A DNA stretch of 64,000 nt from Octopus sinensis (taxonomy: Eukaryota): assembly GCF_006345805.1 (NCBI RefSeq), contig NC_043019.1, positions 20,645,360 through 20,709,359 on the forward strand, given 5' to 3'. The translations under genes were made by a program, and so were the position numbers. Below the pieces are notes generated by a model. That model saw nothing but the letters and a program-made list of their open reading frames with translations, ran no database searches and had not been told where the DNA came from. Positions 1 through 11,899 of the stretch are shown here, piece after piece. The first letter of the stretch is position 1; each line of letters opens with the position of its first letter.

Positions 1-193
1 CCTTTGAAAAATCAATAGAAGTGACTTTTTGGAGAATTTTCTATCCAAAACCCAATCTTAAAATGCCCGAAACTTGATACATCAATTGAAAGCTTGCTAG
101 CTGTATGTAATTGGTCGGAGATTTGGACAGTACTCGCGTGTATGTGTGCATGCACTAGCACTATTACCCGGCGTTGCCGGGTCATAGTGCTAG
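1..193 (+). mobile_element. Non-autonomous Helitron-like element, 3' end
   Basis: GC-rich hairpin acccggc-gtt-gccgggt followed by CTAG|T. A homologous copy lies inverted at about 60847-61045. Confidence 0.65.
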
Positions 194-883
194 TATATAC
201 GATTGACTCCCCTGACGAAGATGTATGAGCATTCAGCTTTTGCCCAACGACCTGCACAAATGATTTGTTTATAGTGATTAAATGCTCATGCTGCACATTA
301 GCTCACTCTCTCCAGCAAAATAATGTTGTTTGCATGAGTGCACTGTGTACCATTTGTCAGGTGCTGAAGCGATTGCAGGGCAACGCGAGATGACATGTTT
401 TGTTCAAGAACACAACGCACCAACCAGTCTAGGAAATGAAATCCCAACCATTAGACTATGAGTGCAACACCCTAACAACTAAGCCATGCGCCCTCACTTA
501 TTATAAGATTAGAAAATATATTGTTTTTATATTTGTATTGCAAGATCTTTAATGAATTGTGTGCTGAAATAAATGTAATAGGGAGGATCATTTAGCCAAC
601 AAAGCAACATGCACAGGTTCAATTTCAGTTCTTCAGTCACCTAGGTAATGGGATAAATTGTTTGGTCAATTAATGAGTTGCTTCATTGGAGTCTGTCACC
701 TTAGTGATGTGACTACATCTACTCAACATCTGTCACAAGACCATCTTGTACTAGAAGTGGAGTAAATGATATGGGTATCACATGGATAGGATCACAGTTG
801 CAATGAGACAACTAAATGATTGCTCAAACCATTGGTAAGGTAAACTTGATTATTTGATTCATAATGAATATATACACACAATA

Positions 884-943
<60 letters not shown>

Positions 944-1279
944 TTTTGGATTTGGTTTGCAAGATTCTTTATGCAAGCTCATGTGTTGAAGCATATTCTA
1001 TTGTGTCTGGAGAGAGTTATTTTCTTTTAGTGCCTTATTATTTAACACATTCACCGGTGAAATTTCCTTCTTTGGTTTTCTAAAATTTCCATTGCGTCTT
1101 GCAACCTTTTCAATAGTTACTGACTCTGTGAATAATGGACAGGGTCAACAAATATTTAAAAGGTTGCAAGATGCATCGAAAATTTTTTTTAAATAATGGA
1201 AGAAATGAGTGGAAATTTTACTGGTGAGTGTATTAAATTATAAGGCACTGAAAGCGAATGAATCTCCCCAGACACAACC

Positions 1280-1321
<42 letters not shown>

Positions 1322-1646
1322 CTATATATATACCTATATATACACACACACATATATTGTATTTTGGGATGGTCATAACTACATTACAATAAATGATTTG
1401 TTGTAATTCATTATGGAGAACGTCTTCCTGATGAAGGGGACATTATTGACCCAGATAAATTATATTTTCAAACTTTCTTACCTTACTAAAATGTACTCGA
1501 GAAACAGCCGTGAAATGGCCCTCCTCTAAACTACACTTTGTTTCTGAATTTACCTCTTTAATTATAAATGTATGTGTGTGTATATATATATATATATATA
1601 CACACAAACATACATGTATACACATGTAGATATATACATATGTACA

Positions 1647-1706
<60 letters not shown>

Positions 1707-4700
1707 TATATATATATATATATATTGTGTGTACACTGAACACACGCACATTATATATATATATAATATAAAGTTTAAATGTATATACACGTTCAATATA
1801 TTATATATATATATATAACTATACATATTTAATGATTTTAAAAAAAATCAATTTATAAATTTACACAATATATTTGATGTATCAAATATTAACATATAAA
1901 GGTCTTTTTAAGGATAGACAGTCAATAACAAAACATGTAACCTGAATTATTGAAACAAAAATTAGAAATGTTTTTGTTCGTTTTAGAACTCAGAAAGTGC
2001 ACTACACATTAATTCCCTCTACATTGATTCAAGCAAGCGCAGCTGAACACAACAGGAAGGAGATTTAAACCAGAAACAGAAGAAGCTGCAATAGCTGAAT
2101 GTGGGATTCAACACCATCAAAGAATGTTAAAAACTGTCGGTTCATCAGATTTTGTGTGGAGATATATTTTTACCCAAGAGAGAGGATGTTGAGAGATAAA
2201 AAAAACAAAACAGATGCAGAAAGTGAGGGAAGGGGAGACTAAGGAAGAGAGGAAAGCAGAAGGCTGGGATGCGGGGGAGAGATCAGCACATCTTACTATT
2301 ACACGTGCCTCTAGTTACTGTATCTGGCTGCATAATAGATGCATGGGAATATATCGAATGCAGATCAATTTCAGCAGCAAATTGTAAGTGGGCTGTGTGT
2401 GACATATTCTGTATCTATATCTGAAGAAGAATAATGATACAGGAACACAAGTGTCCTATGGTCCAATGGACATCATTCGTGGTCCAATGATGTGCTTTCA
2501 CACATATTGTCTATAAAGAGAATTCTTCTCTTGAAAAAAGTTCTGCAGCAAAGGTCTTTCCACATAAAAGTGTACACAAATGTGTTAAATATAATTGTAC
2601 ACATGCTTTATAATTAGCATTGGTTTGTTGACATCTGCGAACAGATTTGCCAAAAGAGACTGATAGAAAAGAAATGGGTCCAAGGACACTTCTGCCACTT
2701 GCTCACCCAAGTAAAGAAATCGAGAGAGAAAGAACGGGGAAGAGTTGAGGAAGACCCCCCTCCCCACCAGAAATAGAGTGAACGACAAAGTTTTTAAATT
2801 CTTTGAGTGTGTTGCAATCACCAAGTGTAAAGGTTTCAAGACATTCTGAGATCAATACAGTTATACGTACAAGATGGCGGCGAGAGTATTGGTAAACCTG
2901 GAAAGAAAAAGGCTTTCTGCTTAAAATGGGTTAATATAAATCACATCATTAGCATTGCAGGGTGTGGGGTGTGTTTCTTCTTTAGCATTGGCCATGTTCA
3001 CTTCAACAAGTTTATATCAATTAATGAACAAATAAAGGAACGCTTGTATTGAAAAATATTGACAGGGCAATATCAGAAGAATTAATTATGCAACAAAAAT
3101 TATAATTTTACAAATTATTAAAAAAAGATTTAAATAGATAAAGTGATGTGTAGGTTATAAATTTACTTTTACAGGTTACAAATTAGAATGAAGGGAGTTA
3201 ATCAATGTAAAAACAATTATAAATTAATAAGATTTATTAAAATTACATCCATAATTTGCATTAATGAAATTAACAGAAATAGCTTGGCCAATACTGGACC
3301 AACAACTTCGACAGTTTGGCCAACAGGTGACCAATTCAATTTAGATAATGTCAAATAAAATAAAATTGATAAACAATATTAGAATTACAAAATATTTGGA
3401 CAAAGATTTTAATTAATAAAATACAAATAAAATAAACAAAAAATGTTAAAAATTCGATAATTATTAAGATAAAAAAATTAGACAAAAATATTTCAACTAA
3501 TTTTGATTTTTAACAAGGAAATTCATTAAAATTCTCACATTTAAGTAAAGAGTGTGAAGATATGTTGAAAAATATATATATATATATATACACACACATA
3601 TATATATACATACATATATATATATATATATATATCAGATGAATTAGTTATCAAGTTGATATACCCAGCTGGAGTTGAATTATGTTTCATACTGAGTTTA
3701 GTTGTTTGACTGTGGCCATGCTGAGGCACCCACATGCAAGGTATTTCTTTTTTTTAATCAAGATGATTATATCAACTGCTAATTCACCTTTCTTCACAAA
3801 AATGTTAACTATTAGACAAAAATCGATTGGGGTATAAAAGAATATAATCAGAGCAGAACAAATTACAAGGGATTTTTGGGGGTTGACACACTGCTGTTTC
3901 CATTCTAAATTTATAGATATATACGTGAAAATTTTATGATGTTCCACAACAAATGGAAAATTCATATAAAAGATGTTAATTCCACACCAGTCATCACCTA
4001 AAAAGATCGTAACAATTTCGTGATGATCTAGATCATTTGTAGTGGTACCAGTGGCAAGCCACAGTGAATAGCAAACAAACATACAGGACAATGATGCACA
4101 CACATATCATCGTAATGATCACTTTTCTATGCCTGCATGGGTTAGATGGAATTCGTTGAGACAGATTTTCTACAGCATGATGCTCTTCCTGTTACTAACT
4201 ATCACCTTTTTCCAAGATATTTCCTCATTTCTAGATGTTTCACAGAAACCTGGAAACAAATAGCATCACTAGTTTGATGGTGATGCTCATTTACAACCAT
4301 TATGTCATACCAAAAAAAAGGGTGCACACACACAAGGTTTTTTTTCCAGTTTCTGTGTACCAAATCCACTCAATGCTTTGGTTGGTTCAAAGCTATAGAA
4401 GAAGACCTGCCCAAGGTGCCATGCAATGGGACTGAACCCAAGACCATATGTTTTAGAGGCAAGCTTCTGAAATACACAGCGATGCCTATACCTATTCTAT
4501 ACACACACACACACACGATAGCATTTAGACAGGTGATTAGTGCTGAGCTGACAACTTTAAAATTGTGGCTTTGACAGCTGAACCAAATAGTACCTGGCAC
4601 CGGCATGGGTGCTCATGAGTGTTGATGCCATGTAAAAAGCGCCCATCAGGCCTGTCTTTCCACAATACATATAAATGTCCACCCAGAATATTCTGAAGCG

Positions 4701-5356
4701 CCCCCAGGCACCAAAGTCTGGCAATGAGCCTGGTACCTGTGCTAGTGCCACATGAAAACCCCCATGCCGGTGCCAGGTAAAAGTGCCCAGTACACTCTGT
4801 AAAGTGATTGACATTAGTAAGGGTATCCACTTGTAGGAATCATGCCAAAACAGTCCAATGGACAGCTCTCCAACTGACCAAATCTTGCCAAACCGTCCAG
4901 CCCATACCTGCATGGAAAACAGATGTTAAATGATGATGACTGATTTGTTCGAGCAAACTCTTCAGATTAGTGCCCCAACACAACTACAGTCCAATGACTA
5001 AAACAAGTAAAAAGGTAAAAATTTATATGGATGTAGACATACACGTATAACAAAGTTTGTACCAAAGTCACTTTGTTTTAATTTGAACCCCCCCTGTATG
5101 ACACCTTAGGCAACTATCTTCTTTCATAGTCTCATTGAACTAAAACATCCAAGTGGAAATTTGGTCAAGAGAAATTGCAGAGGCATGTCATGAGGATATG
5201 ACTAATACTTATAGCCCTTCACTCAAAAGTTGAGGATGATTTGGTAGCATGTAACATGCTTTCACTAATTGTTTCGGGTATCTGTGTAGTCACAGCAGAT
5301 GTAGACACCCTCTTGATCCTCTCATCCTAGATTCAGTGGTACATATGGGATGTGAA

Positions 5357-5577
5357 GGCGGTGAGCTGGCAGAAACGTTAGCACGCCGGGCGAAATGCTT
5401 GGTGGTATTTCGTCTGCCGCTACATTCTGAGTTCAAAATCCGCCCAGGTCAACTTTGCCTTTCATCCTTTCGGGGTCGATTAAATAAGTACCAGTTACGC
5501 ACTGGGGGGGGTCGATATAATCGACTAAATCCGTTTGTCCCTTGTGTTTAGCCCCTTGAGGGTAGTAAAGAAATAGG
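5357..5577 (+). mobile_element. tRNA-derived SINE, family A
   Basis: Head ggcggtgagctggcagaa...gagttcaaaatcc (Pol III A/B-box-like) and core gcctttcatcctttcggggtcga. Near-identical copies at 20483-20695, 30035-30271 and 58051-58274. Confidence 0.85.
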
Positions 5578-5760
5578 TACATCTGGGATGTAATAGTTAG
5601 ATAGAAAGAGGGGACTACACCAATAATTGATTGGTATGCTTTTCAACTTTGTAGATTGGTGTGAAATGCAATGAGGGGTTTTGCTCATTGTGTCCTTCAA
5701 AAGCATCTTGCGATAATATAAATATAAATTCTAATTTCCAAGATTTGATTAAGTACTTAC

Positions 5761-5847
5761 AGAGCTATCAGACTCATCTCTGGGTGCTGTCCTGAAACTC
5801 GAAGAAGTATGTAACATAGATTTTGACATCTCACAACTGGCCATTTC
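5761..5847 (-). CDS. Lam: Lamin exon 10 (end of LTD, distal tail)
   Basis: Strong acceptor ttttgtttccttttctttcttcag|GAA and donor TCT|gtaagt; 87 nt, phase 0. Encodes EMASCEMSKSMLHTSSSFRTAPRDESDSS; the EMA start parallels EVAMR in vertebrate exon 10. Confidence 0.88.
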
Positions 5848-6796
5848 CTGAAGAAAGAAAAGGAAACAAAATTAAAACTATTTTCATTTGTTTGTGTCAC
5901 AAAACATCCGACTTCACATTCTAATGAATTTCACAAGACATCATAATAGGACAAACTTCAGCCATTTCAATGTTTTACTAGGTCATCTCACTCAAGTTAA
6001 ATCTACATTGATTTCAGTTAGCGAACCCCTAATATTGTTCTACATACATATTTCTTCCTCGTTTTAATGACCATTTTTCAATGCATGCAATGGTGGTAAG
6101 ACAGTTTATTGAAGCAGATTTTTTATGGCTAATACCCTGCCTGTCATCAACCTTTAGTTCTTCAAGTAAGGTAATATTTCCCTCGTGGTCAGACATGTTT
6201 TTGCAGAAGATTGGAAATGAATGATACTGCTTACATGACAGTGATGTCAAAACAAGAGGACACAAACACATGACAAGCTTCCACACAGTTTCCAACTACT
6301 AAACCCACTCACCAAGCTCTGGGCAGAAGACACTTGCTTAACTCTTTAGCATTTAAATTTCTCGTCAAATGCAATGCTTATTCATTCACATTGTTTTGAA
6401 TCAATCATTCATTCATTTCATGGCTTCAAGATTTTGAAGATGTGATTATTTATTTTTAGAATGACATTGTAGGCTGGGTGTGAGAGGCTGGATCTGGCCT
6501 GTTTGAATATAAAACGAGTAGAATATTTGGGCCAGATATGGCCAGCTTAAATGCTAAAGGGTTCAGGTTCCACACAGTGGGACTGAACCTGAAATATGGT
6601 TGGGAAAAAAACGCATGAGTTAAATTCATCTTTCAGTGGTAAGGCTTTGCTTTATGATGAGCTATAGCTTAGAAGGCCCATTGATAGAGAAAGGGTACCT
6701 ATGACATCTGCTTAAGAATTTGTGCAATTATTTTTTTTTATAAAAAGCATCTCACAGACTCATCTTGTTCCTAACCCCTGACCAAGTTTTACTTAC

Positions 6797-6913
6797 CTCA
6801 CCAGAGTTGCTCAACAAAGTTGTTCTCATGCTGTCTGACACAAACCACCTTTGGGATTTCATAACCAAATCTGATGGAGGGTTATGTGTCTGGCCACTAT
6901 CTGCACTCCAAAC
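6797..6913 (-). CDS. Lam: Lamin exon 9 (lamin tail domain)
   Basis: Acceptor tcgtcttcag|GTT and donor GAG|gtaagt; 117 nt. Encodes [39 protein letters not shown], matching LMNA IWAAGAGATHSPPTDLVWK. Confidence 0.95.
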
Positions 6914-8186
6914 CTGAAGACGAACAGAAAAAGAGAGAAAAAAATATATAAAAGTGGTTAAACTATTGAAAAAGAACGAGTTATTGTACGATAGTTTCAC
7001 TTAATTCTAGATTATTTTGATAATGCCGTTTTCTGTTTTAAGAACTAAAAATGGTTAAAGCAATAGGTTAGACAAAAATTGAGGAATTGTTTTATAGCCA
7101 GATGCCCTTCCTGTTACTAACCCATACCTTTTTTCAAGTAAGGAATCTCTTATTTCACATACTTTTGAAGGTGCAAAGGCAGTAGACAATTTAACATGGG
7201 AAAATGACAACAAAATACACACACTGTGTGTGTATCTATCTTTATATGTATATATACATTTGCATACATACATAGAAAAAGCCAACCATCAAATCCATCC
7301 ACAAGATTTTTTGGTCTGTTGGGCTATAATAAAAGACACTTGTTCAAGGTACTGTGCAATAGGACTGAACCCTAAACCAAGTGCTTGGGAAGTAAACTTA
7401 ACCTGCACCTATTGAATATATGAATGAAGGATAACACTACTTAGTTACCAGAGAGATAGTTATGTTCTGTTCTTTGCCATCTGCTTTAACCCTTTAGTAT
7501 TCAGATGACTGACAAGTGTAATGCTCATTTATTCACAATGCTTGGAATTAACTATGCACTATCTTGTAGCTTTGAGATTTTGATGTGATTGTATATTTTT
7601 TTAGAATAATATTGTAAGGTCAGTGTTAGAGACCAGATCTTGACAGTTGGAACATAAAACAGATTGAATATTTGGGACGGATATGGCCGGTTTAAATGCC
7701 AAAGGATCACAGGACCCCAGAGCAGGGAATAGCAACCTGCAGTGCTCAGGCTGCACGTGGTCCATTACAACTTCTCATGTTTAAAGATTTTGCAAATTAT
7801 ACAAACAATTTTTTTACTAAAAGTTTGTAAACTTGAGCGCATTTGCTTGCTTGCAGCAAAAGAGGATGACTATCCAGTCAACCGTGCCAAATCATTGGTA
7901 TTCATAGTGGCACTCAACCACGTCATTCTGAACCACCAGATAATAAAACAGCTGACAAACCAGGTTTATTATTACATAAATTGAGAGATATAGAAAAAAA
8001 CCATTTTGACAAAGAGGGAGTATCCCTACAGTCAGTAACCTAGACTACTAGAAAAAGTAGCCAAATCTCTGTCACAACTGGAATGTATTGAAGATAAGTT
8101 TGCTCAATTAGGGGTTGACCTAGGGCTAAGCAACATTTCCAACATAAATAGTGTAACAGAGTGAGAACAAGTGGAAGAATACTTAC

Positions 8187-8291
8187 GGTGATTGTAGCAC
8201 CAGGTTTTACAACGGCTTTTGAATGGAACTTGAAAACAGTCTCATCTACTCCGGTATCATGCTTTAGTTGCCAGCCACCAATGCCCATATC
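8187..8291 (-). CDS. Lam: Lamin exon 8 (lamin tail domain)
   Basis: Acceptor ggttctag|GAT and donor ACC|gtaagt; 105 nt. Encodes DMGIGGWQLKHDTGVDETVFKFHSKAVVKPGATIT. Confidence 0.95.
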
Positions 8292-9771
8292 CTAGAACCA
8301 ATAGACAAAATGAGATTATCAAATTTATAATAATAATAGCTTCAAATTTCGGTACAAGGTCATAATTTCGTGGGGAGGGGGCTAAGTTGATTAGATCAAC
8401 CCCAGTGTTCAACTCGTACATATTTTATTGATCCTGAAAAGATGAAAGTGAAAGTCGACTCTGGAAGCATTTGAACTCAGAAAGTAAAGATGGACAAAAT
8501 GCTGCTAAGCATTCTGCCTGCTCACCACCTTAGCAACAGACCGGGCGTTGTGTGTATTTATTGAGCGAAAACACCTAAAGCTCCACGAGGCTCTGGCAGG
8601 GGGTGATGGTGACCCAAGGTGTACTCTTTCTCTCACTATTTCTTCCTGTTTCTTGTCCGCGACTTCCTACGCAACCGCTGAGCCTGGATGCACATTCATC
8701 CAACCGTCCGTCGATGCTCTCGGTGTCGGGGGGTTGACCCGCTTTCTCTTCTGCGGGTCTTACGAATAGCAAAGGACCACGTTTCGGACTTCTCCCACTC
8801 TGGGACAAAAACTGCTTCGCTCAACAAACAAACAAACAAGCAACAGCAACAACATGTAAAAGCTTAGAAATTGTAAAATAAACATTTTTAACAGCTATGT
8901 CTTTAGTGTTGGTAAATATTCATCCCAGTTTTTTTGAGACATATAAGCCTCCATCTTCAGCAGGGCAGCAGTCTGTTGTAAGGTAAAGCTCCAGTTTCAG
9001 ATGACCAAATTGGACAACATGAAATCCAGCACCTTGTTCAAGGACAACACAGCACCAAGCCCAACAAAAGAACTGAAACAACTTTATGATCCTGAGCCAA
9101 ACGCTAACCACTAAGCCAACATACCCCTGATTTAATCAACTCAAATATTTGACTGGGGCTGACTTCTCAGCAATAAGACATGGCAAAATTAATATCAGAG
9201 AATTTACATCCTTTTGGGCTCAATAAAATATGGAAATATAATAAATTCTAATTTAGGAACACAGCCAAAAATTTTTAAGAGGGTTAGCTGATACCAGTAA
9301 CCTCAGTACACAACTGATACATTGTTTTGTTGAAAAACTGATGAAAAACAAAGCTGACTTTAATGGGATTTGAACACACAGGAAAAGTATCAGATGAAAT
9401 ACGACAAAGAAGTTTTTCTGACACTTTAACAATTCTGCTAAACTATTGCCCTAATGGCTTCTGTAATAAGTGTTCCTAAAATAGAGAGAAGGCCTGACAT
9501 TCTGGAGAGGAAGGCACTGGGTCGAGGCTTTACTGATTTCAGCACTCAATTGGTACTTTCTTTTATTAACCTTAGAGGGATGAAAGACCAAACTGACCTT
9601 GGTATTGGTCAAAGTTAAACGCAGAATGTAAAAAGCTGAGACAAATACCACAAAGTATTGTTTCAAATTTTGGTGCAAGGCCGGCAATTTTAGTGGGAGA
9701 GTCTCAGTTGAATACATGATTGGAGCCACTACACTATTCTTATTATTTCTTGAATAAATAAATTCACTGAC

Positions 9772-9988
9772 CTTCTCACCAGAGTTGATTAATTTGATAA
9801 ACTTCCCATCAGAATCTACTGTGTCAATACTTAAGGCTGATTTACACTGGTTTTTTGAGGCATAACCTTCATTCTTTGAAGAGACCTCTTCGCTGCTGGT
9901 TTCTGTAGTCACTTTGCGTTTCTTGCCTCGAAGTTGAGTCGAACTTCGAGCCTTGGGAGAAGCGCATTCGGAGGCAGAGAGGTTCAAT
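9772..9988 (-). CDS. Lam: Lamin exon 7 (tail with NLS, start of Ig-like LTD)
   Basis: Acceptor ttcttccatag|A and donor AAG|gtcagt; 217 nt. Encodes LNLSASECASPKARSSTQLRGKKRKV (NLS) through IDTVDSDGKFIKLINSGEK. Confidence 0.95.
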
Positions 9989-10295
9989 CTATGGAAGAAA
10001 GAAAGAAAGGAAAATTTAAAAAAAAAAGCAAATTAATACATCAAATGTAACAATTAAAACACTCTCTTATATTTCACCATCTGGAATTTTTTTTTGGTAT
10101 GAAGAAACCTAAGAAAGCTTTGGTGATAGAAAGACATTTGGGCATAAAAGCCACCGTCTAAAATAAGTATTCATCTGATCAATGCCAGCACAAGAAAATG
10201 GACATAAAACATCTTAACAGTAATCTCACAAATTGTAGCTGTAACTCAGCCTGTTGTGTATGTGGAGTGTGAGTGAGTGAGTGAGAGTGAATGTG

Positions 10296-10326
<31 letters not shown>

Positions 10327-10418
10327 TGTGTGTGTGGTGTGTGTGTGTGTGTGTGTGTAACCTTGTCTTGATATGTGATTGTTAAAAACAAGCATCGTCA
10401 CACAAGTAGTGTCTCATC

Positions 10419-10870
10419 ATCATCATCGTTTAACGTCTGCTTTCCATGCTAGCATGGGTTGGACAGTTCAACTGGGGTCTGGGAAGCCAGAAGGCTGCAC
10501 CAGGCCCAGTCTGATCTGGCAGTGTTTCTACAGCTGGATGCCCTTCCTAATGCCAACCACACCGTGAGTGTAGTGGGTGCTTTTTACGTGCCACCGACAC
10601 AGAGACCAGCCGAGGCTGGCGACAGCCACGATCAAATGGTGCTTTTTACGTGCCACCAGCACGGAGACCAGTCGAGGCTGGCGACAGCCACGATCAAATG
10701 GTGCTTTTTACGTGCCACCAGCACTGAGACCAGACGAGGCTGGCAACGGCCACAATCAGATGGTGCTTTTTACGTGCCACCAGCACAGAGGCCAGTCAAG
10801 ACGGCGCTGGCAACGGCCACGTTTGGATGGTTCTCTTACGTGTCACCGGCACTGGTATCACAGCTACAAA
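10419..10870 (-). mobile_element. Retroposon with RTE-like (GAT)n tail and internal minisatellite
   Basis: On the plus strand it starts catcatcatcgtttaacgtctgctttccatgctagcatggg, i.e. the tail ...aaacgatgatgatg on the minus strand. Homologues at 31288-31495, 50655-50758, 4580-4940, 11300-11460 and 58430-58970. Confidence 0.75.
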
Positions 10871-11463
10871 TTCCCAGTTATCCATGAAAGCACAGATACA
10901 CATACACTCACACACAATGAGTTTCTTTCCATTTCCACATCTACCAAATTCACTCATGGGGCATTGGTCCACCAGGGACTTACAGTAAGATACATGCCCA
11001 AGGTGCTATGCAGAGGGACTGAACCTAAAGTTGTGTGTTTCAGAAGAAAGCTTCTTAACTACACAGTCATACCTGTGCTTATTTTTCAACTAAGTGTTTA
11101 TAGAAAGAAGAAATTTAATTAGCTACTACTTATTAGAGAGGTTAAGGAAGAGGAAGACATGGGATGAAGTATTAAAGGCTGATCTCAAAACGCCAAGCCT
11201 TATGAAGGGGACAACAGAGGACCAAGCTATGTAATGCATTGCCGTACTCAAGGAGACCCACCCACCACAACAGAATTGGGATTCTAAAACAAAGGTGCCA
11301 CATAAAAAGCACCCAGTACACTCTGTAAAGTGGTGAGCATTAGGAAGGGCACCCAGCTGTAGAAACCAAGCCAAAAACAGACTATGGAACTTGATGCAGC
11401 CACTGGCCCTGCTACTTCCTGTCAAGCCATCCAACCCATGCCAGTATGGAAAATGGATATTAA

Positions 11464-11684
11464 CCCTTTAGTGTTCGCATTATTCTGCCAAAGTTAATCC
11501 TTTTTTATCCACATTGTTTTGAACTAATCAGGCATTATCTTGTAGCTATGAGATTTTGATGAGGTAGCTGTTAATTTTTAAAACGATATTGTAGGGTTGG
11601 TGTGAGAGACCAGATCTGGCCAGTTTGAACATAAAATAGGCAGAATACTTTTGGCCGGATATGGCCGGTTTGAATGCTAAAGGG
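11464..11684. mobile_element. piggyBac-type MITE, family P2
   Basis: TTAA|ccctttagtg...gctaaaggg|TTAA. Related copies near 6345-6563, 7490-7705, 22026-22243, 23552-23761, 36416-36632 and 37500-37785. Confidence 0.85.
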
Positions 11685-11899
11685 TTAAAGACCAGATCTG
11701 GCCAGTTTGAACATAAAATAGGCAGAATACTTTTGGCCGGATATGGCCGGTTTGAATGCTAAAGGGTTAAAATGATGATTATTAATTAAATAAATTAAGC
11801 TATGTCAGTTGGAAAATAGTCATGGTAAAATGTAAAAAGATTGGAAAAAATCCCCTAGTTTCTTGCCACACAAATCCCCAAATGTTTTCTTTTTCTTAC

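Noticed and set aside
1427-1465. CTGATGA-aggg...ccc hammerhead-like remnant
   Set aside because: The GAAA and stem I are too degraded to call.
5165-5180. Cys-x-x-x-stop hits such as CNFS* here, CFVG* near 590, CCGTS* near 3940 and CEER* near 3790
   Set aside because: Not aliphatic CaaX motifs and/or not in phase 0 behind an acceptor.
5220-5327. Possible extra lamin exon (DERIKRVSTS...SESMLHATKSSSTFE*) resembling exon 10
   Set aside because: Poor polypyrimidine tract, and the DNA similarity to exon 10 is only ATGTTACAT, so likely coincidence.
7272-7290. GWLF-like aromatic C-terminal motif for lamin
   Set aside because: It lies in intron 8, upstream of exons 9 and 10, and inside a SINE remnant.
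10570-10860. CRISPR-like array
   Set aside because: Eukaryotic context; the units are contiguous minisatellite repeats without unique spacers and there are no cas genes.
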